Source: an uncultured Gemmatimonadales bacterium
GTDB lineage: Bacteria > Gemmatimonadota > Gemmatimonadetes > Longimicrobiales > RSA9
NCBI GenBank assembly: GCA_963708135.1
Contig: OY970192.1
Span: 3,392,001 to 3,456,000, forward strand
Direction of reading: 5' to 3'
DNA: 64,000 bases
Made by a program: the position numbers and the translations under genes. Positions 1 through 9,444 of the stretch are shown piece by piece (positions within the stretch are counted from its first letter, which is position 1; every line of letters starts with the position of its first letter). Under the pieces are notes generated by a model. That model saw only the letters and a list, made by a program, of their open reading frames with translations, had not been told where the DNA came from and ran no database searches.

Positions 1-141
1 ACCTCGGGACCCTGGGGCCGCAGCCGCGGCCGGATTCCCGAGTCCAGCAACTGGCCGCCCACCGGAGGCCAGGGCAGGATCACGCGTTCTTGAGATCGAC
101 GGAAGATGCGGGGCGCGCCAACACCCGGCGCCCACCTCACC

Positions 142-166
142 TGTCCACGAAACCGGGTCAGGCCCA
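142..166. mobile_element. Possible IS3-family terminal inverted repeat remnant
   Basis: TGTCCACGAAACCGGGTCAGGCCCA ends in CA and resembles IS3-type IR ends; no transposase seen in 1-140. Confidence 0.3.
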
Positions 167-240
167 CCAAAACCAAAACCAAACCAAAACCAAAACCAAA
201 CCAAAACCAAACCAAAACGCCCACCCAAACCCCAACCCCG
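167..240. repeat. Degenerate (AAACCA)n to (ACCCCA)n hexamer tract
   Basis: Visible tandem repeat just downstream of the dehydrogenase stop. Confidence 0.9.
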
Positions 241-265
241 GCCACCGGCCCCCTGGCTCAGGACC

Positions 266-1282
266 CTACCGAACCGCCCGCGCCACCGCCTCCCCGAACC
301 CCCCCGTCGTCCCCTTTCCCCCCAGGTCCGGCGTGGTCGCCTCGCCGGCGAGGATGGCGTCCTCGAGGGCGCGGCGGATGCGGCGGGCGGCGTCGCCCTG
401 CCCGATGTGGTCGAGCATCATGCAGGCGGCCAGCATCATGGCGCCGGGGTTGGCGATGTCCCTTCCTGCGATGTCCGGCGCGGAGCCGTGGACGGGCTCG
501 AAGATGGCGGCATCCTTGCCGATGTTGCCGCCGGGGGCGAGGCCGAGGCCGCCGACGAGGCCGGCCATGAGGTCGCTCAGGATGTCGCCGAACATGTTCT
601 CCATGACGAGGACATCGAAGCGGTAGGGGTTCAGCACGAGGTTCATGGCGGCGGCATCGACGATCATGTCCTCGAAGGCGACGCGGCCCTCGTACTCCTT
701 CGCGACGCCGCGTCCAACGTCGAGGAAGAGCCCCTGGGTGAACTTGAGGATGTTGGCCTTGTGGACCAGGGTGACCTTCTCGCGGCCGTGCTTCTCGGCG
801 TAGTCGAAGGCGTACCGGACGGCGCGCTCGGCGCCGTAGCGGGTGATGATCATGACCGACTCGGCCGCCGCGTGCGCGTCCTCGCCCACCCCGATGTAGT
901 GCTCGACCCCGACGTAGAGGCCCTCCGTGTTCTCGCGGATCAGCACGAGATCGATGTCCTCGTAGCGGCCGCCCGGCACCAGCGTGCGCGCGGGCCGCAC
1001 GTTGGCGTAGAGGTCGAACTCCTTCCTGAGCGCCACGTTGATCGAGCGGAACCCGACGCCGATGGGGGTGGTCAGCGGGCCCTTGAGCGCGACGCGCGTG
1101 CGCCGGACCGAGTCCATGGTCTCCTGCGGCAGCGGCGAGCTCTTCTCTTCGAGCGCCGCCATGCCGGCCAGCTTCCGGTCCCACGCGATGTCGGCGCCGG
1201 CGGCCTCCAGCACGTGGACGGTGGCCTCCGTGATGGCGGGGCCAATGCCATCGCCGGGGATCAGGGTGACGGGCGTGGGCAT
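266..1282 (-). CDS. NAD-dependent isocitrate/isopropylmalate dehydrogenase family protein
   Basis: [54 protein letters not shown] motifs. Confidence 0.92.
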   Translation of the reverse strand: MPTPVTLIPGDGIGPAITEATVHVLEAAGADIAWDRKLAGMAALEEKSSPLPQETMDSVRRTRVALKGPLTTPIGVGFRSINVALRKEFDLYANVRPARTLVPGGRYEDIDLVLIRENTEGLYVGVEHYIGVGEDAHAAAESVMIITRYGAERAVRYAFDYAEKHGREKVTLVHKANILKFTQGLFLDVGRGVAKEYEGRVAFEDMIVDAAAMNLVLNPYRFDVLVMENMFGDILSDLMAGLVGGLGLAPGGNIGKDAAIFEPVHGSAPDIAGRDIANPGAMMLAACMMLDHIGQGDAARRIRRALEDAILAGEATTPDLGGKGTTGGFGEAVARAVR

Positions 1283-1340
1283 GATCGGCGCTCTCCGGGG
1301 ATGCGGTGGAGCCGGTGCGCGGCCGGCCGGGCTCTCGGCG

Positions 1341-2000
1341 TCAGTGGCGCGCGGAGGCGGGCAGCAGCGCGCGTGCCAGCGCGCGGGCGGCGGTGGCGAC
1401 GGCGCGCCCGTCCGGCTCCGGGCGCACCTCGCCGGCGACGACCGCGTACCAGAGCACATCGCCGCCGAAGGTGTCGATGAGCGCGGCCGTGGCCTCGAGG
1501 CGGCCGTGGGCGGAGTCCACCGGAACGAAGGCGATGCGCACGGGCACGAGCGCCAGCCGGGCGTCCACGAGGGCCGCCATGCGGCGCAGGTCGCCGAAGA
1601 GCGGGTCGCCTATGCTGCGCAGGCGCATCCGGGCGAAGTCGCCGACGGCAAGGGCGTGCGGGTCGATGGCCAGGGCGGGGTTGCGGGCGAGCGCCGCCTC
1701 GACCTTCGCGGCGCCGACCCAGTGCACGTTCGGCGCGGCATCCACGAGCCAGTCGGCGGCCTCGGCGTCGAAGTCGGCGGCGAGGCGGCGGCCGCCGCCC
1801 CCGGCCCCGCTCTGCGCGGGCACGATCATCACCGTGGCGCCGGAGAGGTCGGGGGCGGGGGGCGGCGCATCGGAGGCGGAGGGCGGTCGGGCGGTCCGGG
1901 GCGCACACGCCGCGAGGGCGGCGGCCAGCGCGGCGGCCGCCGCGAGGCGGGCCGGCCGCGCGCGAGGGCGGCGGCGGGAGCGTCGCCTGGATGAGCTCAG
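1341..2000 (-). CDS. Hypothetical lipoprotein (start uncertain)
   Basis: Arg-rich N-terminus, AAALAAALAAC lipobox, globular-looking C-terminus. Confidence 0.6.
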   Translation of the reverse strand: MSSSRRRSRRRPRARPARLAAAAALAAALAACAPRTARPPSASDAPPPAPDLSGATVMIVPAQSGAGGGGRRLAADFDAEAADWLVDAAPNVHWVGAAKVEAALARNPALAIDPHALAVGDFARMRLRSIGDPLFGDLRRMAALVDARLALVPVRIAFVPVDSAHGRLEATAALIDTFGGDVLWYAVVAGEVRPEPDGRAVATAARALARALLPASARH

Positions 2001-2764
2001 CGGTTCTTCCACTCGGGCGTGCGCTCCTCGCGCCAGGCGGCCAGCCCCTCCTGCGCGTCCTCGAGCTCGAGCAGCTGCCGCAGGAAGAGGGACTTCACCC
2101 TGGGCAGCGCCTCGTCGTAGGAGGCGTAGTAGGCGGCGTACTGCGCCTGCTTGGCGAGCTGGAGCACGGGCCCGCTCTTGCTCGTGATCTCGCGCACGAA
2201 CGCGTCGAGGTCCTCGTCGAAGCGGCCGGGCGCGAAGATGCGGTTGGCCAGCCCGTAGCCGAGCAGCTCGCGCGCGCCCACCTCGCAGCCGGTGAGGATC
2301 CACTCCATGGCCTTGCGGCGGGGCGCGACGCGCGGCAGCACGGTCGTGGCGATGGTGGGGAAGATGCCGTGCGTGATCTCGGGCAGCTGGAACGTGGCGT
2401 TCTCGGCGGCGACGATCAGGTTGCAGCCGAGCGCGAGCTCCCAGCCGGCGCCCGCGGCGCGACCCTCCACGGCGGCGATGGAGACCAGGTCCATCATCCG
2501 CAGCGACTCGAACACCCGGTGGTAGAGCCCGAGCAGCCGGCGCACGCGGGCCTTCCCGAACTCCCCCAGGTCCAGCCCGTCGCTGAAGGTGTCGCGCGCG
2601 CCGCGCAGCACGAGCACCTCGAGCTCCACATTGTCGCGTATCTCGTCGAGCGCGCGGTTGATCTCCTGCACCATCGCGCCCGTCAGCATGTTGCGGGGCT
2701 CGTGGTCCAGCGTGAGCACCGCGTGTCTTTCGGCAATGGCCAGCTCCAGCAGCTTGTAGCCCAT
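1997..2764 (-). CDS. Enoyl-CoA hydratase/isomerase (crotonase) family
   Basis: FSDGLDL, AAGAGWELALGC, FQLPEITHGIFP motifs. Confidence 0.9.
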   Translation of the reverse strand: MGYKLLELAIAERHAVLTLDHEPRNMLTGAMVQEINRALDEIRDNVELEVLVLRGARDTFSDGLDLGEFGKARVRRLLGLYHRVFESLRMMDLVSIAAVEGRAAGAGWELALGCNLIVAAENATFQLPEITHGIFPTIATTVLPRVAPRRKAMEWILTGCEVGARELLGYGLANRIFAPGRFDEDLDAFVREITSKSGPVLQLAKQAQYAAYYASYDEALPRVKSLFLRQLLELEDAQEGLAAWREERTPEWKNR

Positions 2765-2798
2765 ATCCGTCGCACCGATCGTCTTTCGGGAATCTCCA

Positions 2799-3596
2799 CT
2801 ACAGCAGGTGCCCGCCATCCACGGGAATGACCGCCCCGGTGATGTGGCGCGCCCGCTCCGAGCACAGGAACACCACCACGTCCGCCACGTCCTGCGGGTC
2901 GCCCAGCCGGCCGAGCACGCTCCGGTCCCGCGCCCGATCGAGCACCTCCGGCGAGACGCCCGCCGTCAGACGGGTGGTCCGGATGTAGCCGGGCGCCACC
3001 GCGTTGACGTTCACGTTCGACGGCCCGAGCTCCACCGCCGCCGAGCGCGTGAGCCCGAGGATCCCCGCCTTCGACGCCGCGTAGTTGGCCAGCCCGAACT
3101 CGCTGCGCAGCCCGTGCACCGAGCTGACGTTCACGATCTTGCCGAACTGCTGCGCCCGGAAGAGCGGCGCCACCGCCCGGATCATGTGGAACGTGCCGGT
3201 GAGGTTGGTGTCCACCACGTCGCTCCACTGCGCATCCGTCATCCGCCAAAGCGCCCGGTCCTGTGCCACGCCCGCGTTGTTGACCAGAATCTGGACCCCG
3301 CCGAGCGCCGTCTTCGCGTCGGCGACGAAGGCCTCCACGCGCCCCGCGTCGCGCACGTCGCACTCGCGGCAGAACACCGCCACCTCGAGCCGCCTCAGCT
3401 CCGCGGCCGTGCGCTCGGCCTCCTCCTCCGTGCGCCCGTCCCGGTCATCGATGTAGTTGAAGGCGACGTGCACGCCCTGGCGCGCGAGCTCCAGCGCGAT
3501 CGCGCGGCCGATCCCGGTCGCGCCGCCGGTCACGATCGCGCACAGCCCGCGCATCCCACCCTGCCCCTGCGCGGGCTGTGGCCGCGTCTCGACCAT
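2799..3596 (-). CDS. SDR family oxidoreductase (FabG-like; may start at 3554)
   Basis: TGGATGIG, NNAG, YAASK motifs. Confidence 0.9.
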   Translation of the reverse strand: MVETRPQPAQGQGGMRGLCAIVTGGATGIGRAIALELARQGVHVAFNYIDDRDGRTEEEAERTAAELRRLEVAVFCRECDVRDAGRVEAFVADAKTALGGVQILVNNAGVAQDRALWRMTDAQWSDVVDTNLTGTFHMIRAVAPLFRAQQFGKIVNVSSVHGLRSEFGLANYAASKAGILGLTRSAAVELGPSNVNVNAVAPGYIRTTRLTAGVSPEVLDRARDRSVLGRLGDPQDVADVVVFLCSERARHITGAVIPVDGGHLL

Positions 3597-3758
3597 CTCG
3601 GCCAGGAACTGCTCCACGGCGGGGTCCGCAACCTCCGAGACCGTGCCGTTGCCGCCGTCCTCGCCGCCTTCCCGCCGGCCGTGTGGCGTCAAGTCCGCTC
3701 CCCCTCGAAAGGCCTGGCCCCCACCGCCGGCGGCGGGGGTAACCCGGGACAGCATTCG

Positions 3759-3787
3759 AGGATGCCGCCTGGCCATGGCCCTGTCAA
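3759..3787 (-). promoter_or_regulatory. sigma70-like promoter TTGACA-N17-CATCCT
   Basis: Perfect -35 with 17-bp spacer upstream of the SDR. Confidence 0.5.
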
Positions 3788-4076
3788 GCAACCGCGAGCC
3801 GGGTAGCGTCCCAGGACATTATCCGACCGGCATGCTGCGGGTGGGGGTGCCGCCTGGATCCCGCGATCGTCGCGTCCTGGGACCGTGCACGACCCGCCGC
3901 TCGCCTGCGCGCCGGAAGCGAGAATCGGATCGTGCACGCCGGGCGGTCCCAAGGCGCCGCTCGATCAGGCCGGGGAGAACGAGTGGCGAGTTGGGCCGGG
4001 ATCGCGAGCAGGAGTCGCCACTCGCGCGCCGGAGCAGGGCGAGCGGCGCGTCGTGCAGCCCGAGCGGGCCGCGGTT

Positions 4077-4784
4077 CTACTCCTGCGGCTCTTCCGGGGA
4101 CGCGGCTTCGGCCTCGCGCTGCTCGGAGCGGTGCTTGATGGTGCGGCCCTCGACGAGGAAGACCACGTCCTCGGCGATGTTGGTGGCGAGGTCGGCGATG
4201 CGCTCGAGGTTGCGGGAGGCCAGGAACCAGTCCATGCCGGCGGTGATCTTGCGCGGGTCCTCCATCATGTGGGTGAGGAGGATGCGGAATACGTTGTCGT
4301 GCAGCTCGTCGACGCGGTCGTCGCGGCGGCCGATGTCGCGGGCGAGTTCGCTGTCGAGGCGGATGAAGCTATCGAGCGAGTCGGCGAGCATCTCGGTGGC
4401 GAGGCGGACCATCTCCTCGATCTCGGGGAGCGGCGGGAAGGGGGCCGCGCCGGCGATGTACTCGACCTCCTCGGCGATGTTGACGGCGTGGTCGCCGACG
4501 CGCTCGAGGTCGTTGGCGATCTTCATGGCCATGGTGATGAAGCGGAGGTCGCGGGCCATCGGCTGCTGGAGGGCGAGCAGCTGGATGGCGAGCTCCTCGA
4601 CCTCGACCTCGAGGGCGTCCACGGCCCGGTCGCGGCGCATCGCCTCGGCGGCCAGCTCGGGGTCGCGGTCGAGCAGCGCGCGGACGGCCAGCTTGACCAT
4701 CTCCTCGGCCAGCCCCGCCATCCCCACGAGGCGGGACTGGAGCTTGTCCAGCTCGACGTGGAAGTGCCGCTGCGCCTGTGGCAT
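4077..4784 (-). CDS. phoU: Phosphate signalling complex protein PhoU
   Basis: QQPMARDLR, NDLERVGDHAVNIAE, NLERIADLATNIAEDV repeats. Confidence 0.95.
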   Translation of the reverse strand: MPQAQRHFHVELDKLQSRLVGMAGLAEEMVKLAVRALLDRDPELAAEAMRRDRAVDALEVEVEELAIQLLALQQPMARDLRFITMAMKIANDLERVGDHAVNIAEEVEYIAGAAPFPPLPEIEEMVRLATEMLADSLDSFIRLDSELARDIGRRDDRVDELHDNVFRILLTHMMEDPRKITAGMDWFLASRNLERIADLATNIAEDVVFLVEGRTIKHRSEQREAEAASPEEPQE

Positions 4785-5560
4785 TATCCGAACCTCCCGG
4801 TGATGTACGCCTCGGTGCGGGGCTCGCGCGGGTTCGTGAACAGCGCCTCGGTGGCGCCGTACTCGACGAGGTCGCCCAGGTAGAGGAACGCCGTCAGCTC
4901 CGAGACCCGGGCGGCCTGCTGCATGTTGTGCGTGACGATGACGACGGTGTACTCCTGCTTCAGCTCGAAGATGAGGTCCTCGATCTTCTGCGTGGCGATC
5001 GGATCGAGCGCGGAGGCGGGCTCGTCCATGAGGATCACCTCCGGCTCGACCGCGAGCGCACGCGCGATGCAGAGGCGCTGCTGCTGCCCGCCGGACAGCG
5101 AGAACGCGCTCTGGCCGAGCCGGTCCTTCACCTCGTCCCAGAGCGCGGCGCGCTCGAGCGAGCGCTGCACCACCGCATCGAGGTCCACGCGCATCCGGTT
5201 CACGCGCGGCCCGAACGCCACGTTCTCGTAGATCGAGCGCGGGAACGGGTTCGGCTTCTGGAAGACCATGCCGATGCGGCGCCGCACCTCGACGGGGTCC
5301 ACCGCGGGGTCGTAGAGATCGACGTCGTCGAAGCGGATGCTCCCCTCCACCCGCGCGCCCGGGATCAGGTCGTTCATGCGGTTGAAGGAGCGCAGCAGCG
5401 TGCTCTTGCCGCACCCGGACGGCCCGATGAACGCCACCACCCGGCGCTCCGGGATGGCGATGGAGACGGACTTCACCGCCTGCGTGCTGCCGTAATATAC
5501 GGAGAGGTCGATCGCCTCGAGCGCGGTCGGCCCCGTGTCGTCGTCCTGCCGCGTCGCCAC
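4784..5560 (-). CDS. pstB: Phosphate ABC transporter ATPase PstB
   Basis: [41 protein letters not shown] start after a GGAGGAG RBS. Confidence 0.95.
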   Translation of the reverse strand: MATRQDDDTGPTALEAIDLSVYYGSTQAVKSVSIAIPERRVVAFIGPSGCGKSTLLRSFNRMNDLIPGARVEGSIRFDDVDLYDPAVDPVEVRRRIGMVFQKPNPFPRSIYENVAFGPRVNRMRVDLDAVVQRSLERAALWDEVKDRLGQSAFSLSGGQQQRLCIARALAVEPEVILMDEPASALDPIATQKIEDLIFELKQEYTVVIVTHNMQQAARVSELTAFLYLGDLVEYGATEALFTNPREPRTEAYITGRFG

Positions 5561-5759
5561 CCTGTGCTCCTCCCCTCGATCGAATGCCGCGGCCGCGACG
5601 GGATCGGCTCCCGCCGCCGCCGTCCGAAGCCCCGGAGGCTGACGATCACGTGCGCCCCGCGCAAGACTCCATCGACTGGCGCTCGGCGGACCGGTCCTCG
5701 TCCCGTCCTCGTCGTCTGGCGATGAATGGCGGAACGGCGGCGGCGCCGCAAGCCGCGCC

Positions 5760-6137
5760 TCAGTGCCGGCTGGCCGGGAGCTCGAAGGAGAGGGCGAGGT
5801 CGGGGTCCGTGAAGAGGGCGTCGTCGGGGTCGCAGAAGGCTCGCAGCGGGTGGCGGCGCAGCAGCCGCAGGAAGGCCGCGGCGAGGCCGTGGATCTCCAC
5901 CTGCGCGCCCTCGGCCTGCTCGCGCTCGAGCGCGCTGGAGAGCATCTGCGCGCCGACCGGGTCGATCCCGTCGAGGCCGGACGCATCGAGCAGTACCCGC
6001 CGCACGCCCCTGCGGCGGCGCAGCAGCCCGGCGACCGAGCCGGCCAGCCCGGCGTCGAGGCGGCCGGAGATCCGGGCGGCCAGGGTGCCTCCGGAGAGGG
6101 CCACGACGGTGCAGACGGTGGGGTGCGAGCGCTTCAC
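5760..6137 (-). CDS. STAS-like (anti-sigma antagonist-like) small protein
   Basis: ISGRLDA...[15 protein letters not shown] pattern of STAS domains. Confidence 0.55.
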   Translation of the reverse strand: MKRSHPTVCTVVALSGGTLAARISGRLDAGLAGSVAGLLRRRRGVRRVLLDASGLDGIDPVGAQMLSSALEREQAEGAQVEIHGLAAAFLRLLRRHPLRAFCDPDDALFTDPDLALSFELPASRH

Positions 6138-6215
6138 GGGGCGGAACCTCCTGCAAGGGATCGGGTCACGCCCGGAATCTGGGGCGGCTCCGTCACGTCG
6201 GGAGCCGGAGGTTCG

Positions 6216-7736
6216 TCACGCGTGTGTCACGGCCTCGGCGGGCGGAGCGGGCGCGGGCAGCCGCAGGCGGATGGTGGTGCCGCGCCCGAGCTGGCTCTCG
6301 GCGCCCACCTCGCCGCCCATGCTCTCGACCATGTGCCTCACGATCGAGAGCCCGAGCCCGGTGCCGCCCTCGGCACGCGAGCGGGCGGGATCCACGCGGT
6401 AGAAGCGCTCGAAGATGCGCGGCAGCGCGTCGCCGGGGATGCCGGAGCCGGTATCAGCGACCTCGAGCACCACGCACGCCGCGCCGGCGGCCACGCCACT
6501 CGCGGGCGCCGCGGCGCGCGCGGCGCGGCGGGCGGCGAGCAGGGTGGCGTCGCCGAAATCGCGCGAGACGCGCACCTCGATCCGCCCGCCGGGGGGCGTG
6601 TGCCGGAGCGCGTTGTCGAAGAGGTTGGTGAAGATCTGGCCTAGCCCGCGCGCATCGGCGAGCACGCGGGCGGGCGCGGCGGGCACGATGACCTCGACGT
6701 CTGCCTGCGCGGCCCGCTCGCGGAACGGCGCCCACGCGTCGCGCGCGATGTGCATGGCGTCCACCGGCTCGAGCTCCGGCCGCCAGCCGCCGGATTCCAG
6801 CCGGGAGAGGTCGAGCAGGTCGTCCACGATCTGCTGGAGCCGGCCCGCGTTGCGCGCGATGGTGTCGAGGAAGCGCAGGCGCGTCTCGGCCGGCAGCGCG
6901 TCATCCTCCATGAGCGTCTCGGCGTAGCCGCGGATCGAGGTGAGCGGCGTCTTCAGCTCGTGGCTCGCGTTGGCGACGAAGTCGCGCCGCACGCCCTCCA
7001 GCCGGCGCAGCTCCGTGAGGTCCACGATCACGACGGCGGTGCCGCCCGCCTGCGGCGCCGCCGCCGCGAGCGGCCGCGCCAGCACGAGCAGGCGGCGGGC
7101 GTCCCAGGCCACCTCGCGCGCCTCTGCGGCGCCGGTCCGGACCGCGTGCTCGAGCACCTCGCGCAGCTCCGCGTGCCGCACCAGCGACGCGATCGGCTGG
7201 CGCTCCGCCCTCGGGGGAAAGCTGAGCAGCGCTCGCGCCGCCGCGTTCGCGCGCACCACGCGCCCGTCCGGGCCGAGCTGCACGATCCCCTCCCCCACCG
7301 CGTCCACCAGCGACGCCATCTCCTCGCGCTGCCGGTCCGCCAGCGCGAGCCGCGCCCGCAGGTCGCCCGCCACCAGGGAGGCCGCGCGCGCGAGCGCGTT
7401 CAGCTCCGCGATCGAGGAGAGCACGGTCTCCGGGTGCCCCGCCCGGGCGCCGCCGTGCAGCGCCGCCCGCATCCGCAGCACCGTGCGCGAGAAGCGGCCG
7501 CCCAGGAACACGGCGGCCGCGACCGCGAGCGCTCCCCCCACGGCGGCGCCGATCAGCATGGCGCCCCGGGTCGCGGCGACCATGTCCGCGATGGCGCGCG
7601 GCGAGAGGTCGAGCTGCGACAGGCTCGCGCGCAGCGCGATCCCCGCCGTGACCAGCGCGGCCCCCGTCGCCGCCGCCCCGGCGAGGATCGTCCCCAGGAC
7701 GAAGACGGTGCGCGCCCGCAGCGTGCGCGGCCTCAT
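6216..7736 (-). CDS. phoR: PhoR-type sensor histidine kinase
   Basis: 2 TM, PAS, FVANASHELKTPLTSI H-box, FERFYRVD, GGTGLGLSI; ATGA overlap with phoB. Confidence 0.92.
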   Translation of the reverse strand: MRPRTLRARTVFVLGTILAGAAATGAALVTAGIALRASLSQLDLSPRAIADMVAATRGAMLIGAAVGGALAVAAAVFLGGRFSRTVLRMRAALHGGARAGHPETVLSSIAELNALARAASLVAGDLRARLALADRQREEMASLVDAVGEGIVQLGPDGRVVRANAAARALLSFPPRAERQPIASLVRHAELREVLEHAVRTGAAEAREVAWDARRLLVLARPLAAAAPQAGGTAVVIVDLTELRRLEGVRRDFVANASHELKTPLTSIRGYAETLMEDDALPAETRLRFLDTIARNAGRLQQIVDDLLDLSRLESGGWRPELEPVDAMHIARDAWAPFRERAAQADVEVIVPAAPARVLADARGLGQIFTNLFDNALRHTPPGGRIEVRVSRDFGDATLLAARRAARAAAPASGVAAGAACVVLEVADTGSGIPGDALPRIFERFYRVDPARSRAEGGTGLGLSIVRHMVESMGGEVGAESQLGRGTTIRLRLPAPAPPAEAVTHA

Positions 7737-8449
7737 GCCCCGTCGCCTGGCGGGCGAAAGCGGTAGCCGAAGCCGCGCACCGTCTCGATCAGGGCGGCGC
7801 TCTCCCCGAGCTTCGAGCGGAGCCGTTGCACGTGCATGTCGACCGTCCGTGTCTCGATCCTGGCGTGGATGTCCCACGCCGACTCCAGCAGCTGCTGCCG
7901 GCTCTGCACCCTGCCACGCCGCTCCATCAGCGTGACCAGCAGCCGGAACTCCGTCGGCGTCAGGTCGAGCTCCCTGCCCGCCACCGTGGCGCGCATCGCG
8001 TTCAGGTCCACCGCCACCGCGCCCGCGCGGAGCACCCGCCCCGAGCCCGGGACCGGCGGCGCCTGCGCCCGCCGGAGCACCGCCGCCACCCGCAGCACCA
8101 GCTCGCGCGGGCTGAACGGCTTGGTCAGATAGTCGTCCGCGCCGAGCTCCAGCCCCCTGATCCGGTCCGCCTCGTCGCGCCGCGCCGTCAGCACCACCAC
8201 CGGCACCTCCGCGCTCTCAGAGCGCCGCCGCAGCTCCGTCAGCACCTCGAACCCGCCGAACCCCGGCAGCATGAGGTCCAGCAGGATCAGGTCCGGCCGC
8301 TCGTGGGACACCGCCTCCAGCGCCTCCGCACCGCCCCCGGCCGTCCGTACCCGGTACCCTTCCTTCGTCAGGTGGAAGGCGACGAGGGCCGCGATGTCCC
8401 GCTCGTCCTCGACCACCAGCACCTTCGGCGACTTCGCCCCGGTTTCCAT
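7733..8449 (-). CDS. phoB: PhoB-type OmpR-family response regulator
   Basis: REC (LLDLMLP, KPFS) plus wHTH (TRTVDMHVQRLRSKL, ETVRGFGY). Confidence 0.92.
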   Translation of the reverse strand: METGAKSPKVLVVEDERDIAALVAFHLTKEGYRVRTAGGGAEALEAVSHERPDLILLDLMLPGFGGFEVLTELRRRSESAEVPVVVLTARRDEADRIRGLELGADDYLTKPFSPRELVLRVAAVLRRAQAPPVPGSGRVLRAGAVAVDLNAMRATVAGRELDLTPTEFRLLVTLMERRGRVQSRQQLLESAWDIHARIETRTVDMHVQRLRSKLGESAALIETVRGFGYRFRPPGDGA

Positions 8450-8545
8450 TTTCGCTCCTGAGTACCCTCCAGTCCGCCGCCCGCTCCCCCCCGGCCCGCC
8501 GCGCGCGTACACCGACTTCCGTACGGTGGAAGCATTACCGCGCCG

Positions 8546-8587
8546 GCGTCAAGCATTCGTCATGACGAGGTAACGGTTGGATCACGG
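8546..8587 (+). promoter_or_regulatory. Pho-box-like array of four 11-bp direct repeats
   Basis: GTCAA 8548, GTCAT 8559, GTAAC 8570, ATCAC 8581, each exactly 11 bp apart. Confidence 0.65.
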
Positions 8588-8597
8588 AGGACGACGG

Positions 8598-8790
8598 ACG
8601 GGCACGGGCACGGGCAGGGGCACGTTCATGTCCACGTTGACGGGCACGGGCACGGGCACGGGGGCGGGCATCAACTGAAGGCAGACACGGAAGGCAGGGG
8701 GCAGGTTCAAGGGCAGGTTCAAGGGCAGGTTCAAGGGCAGGTTCAAGGGCAGGTTCAAGGGCAGGTTCAAAGGCACGTTCAGGTTTACGG
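8598..8790. repeat. (GGCACG)n tracts and 12-bp tandem repeat (GGGCAGGTTCAA) x about 6
   Basis: Visible; 12-mer array at about 8699-8782. Confidence 0.95.
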
Positions 8791-8888
8791 GCAGGGATGG
8801 CGTGGCGTTACGGGGAATTTACGGGGGCGTCGCGGGGGAGTTGCGGGAGCGGGCGAGGTTTCCGGTGGACCCGGATGGAGGCGACCGG

Positions 8889-9404
8889 ATGATGACCCTG
8901 CTCCTGTTCCTCGGCGCCCACGACGAACGCGCACTGCACGCCCTGGTGCTGCGGCGGCGGCCCTGGCTCGACCGCGTGGTGCGCGCCGGGACCCACCTGG
9001 GGGACGCCGCCGTTACGATCCCGGCGGCGCTCGCGCTGCTTGCCAACCCGGCATGGCGCGCCGCGGGCGTGCCGGCGGCGCTCGCGCTCGCCGTTTCCCA
9101 CGCGCTGGTGCAACTCCTCAAGCGCACGGTCACGCGCCCCCGCCCCCGCCTCCCCGTCGGCATCGCCTCGCTGATCGAGCCGCCGGACCGCTTCAGCTTC
9201 CCCTCCGGCCACGCGGCCGCCGCCCTCTCGCTCGCCCTCCCCCTGGCCGCCCGGCTGCCGCTCCCCGCCGCCGTCGCCGTCCTCGTGCTCGGCCTGGCCG
9301 TCGGCCTCTCGCGCTGCTACCTCGGCGTCCACTATCCCGGCGACGTCCTCGCCGGATGGCTCCTCTCCGCCGCCGCCCTCCTCGCCGGCTCCCTGCTCCA
9401 CTGA
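8889..9404 (+). CDS. PAP2-family lipid phosphatase
   Basis: KRTVTRPRP, FPSGH, SRCYLGVHYPGD; all three motifs intact. Confidence 0.92.
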   Translation: MMTLLLFLGAHDERALHALVLRRRPWLDRVVRAGTHLGDAAVTIPAALALLANPAWRAAGVPAALALAVSHALVQLLKRTVTRPRPRLPVGIASLIEPPDRFSFPSGHAAAALSLALPLAARLPLPAAVAVLVLGLAVGLSRCYLGVHYPGDVLAGWLLSAAALLAGSLLH

Positions 9405-9444
9405 TCCAGCCCCGAGTCCCGAACGCCGAGCCCGGAGCCCGCCC

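Noticed and set aside
90..626. Plus-strand ORFs with QNQ/TKPK repeats
   Set aside because: Antisense to the dehydrogenase and derived from the repeat tract
1997..3596. Crotonase plus SDR as an anaerobic benzoyl-CoA pathway
   Set aside because: No reductase or other pathway genes in the window; the families are too generic
8699..8782. 12-bp repeat as a CRISPR array, or the MPLNLPLN ORF (8582-8776) as a gene
   Set aside because: No spacers and no cas genes; the ORF is a by-product of the repeat
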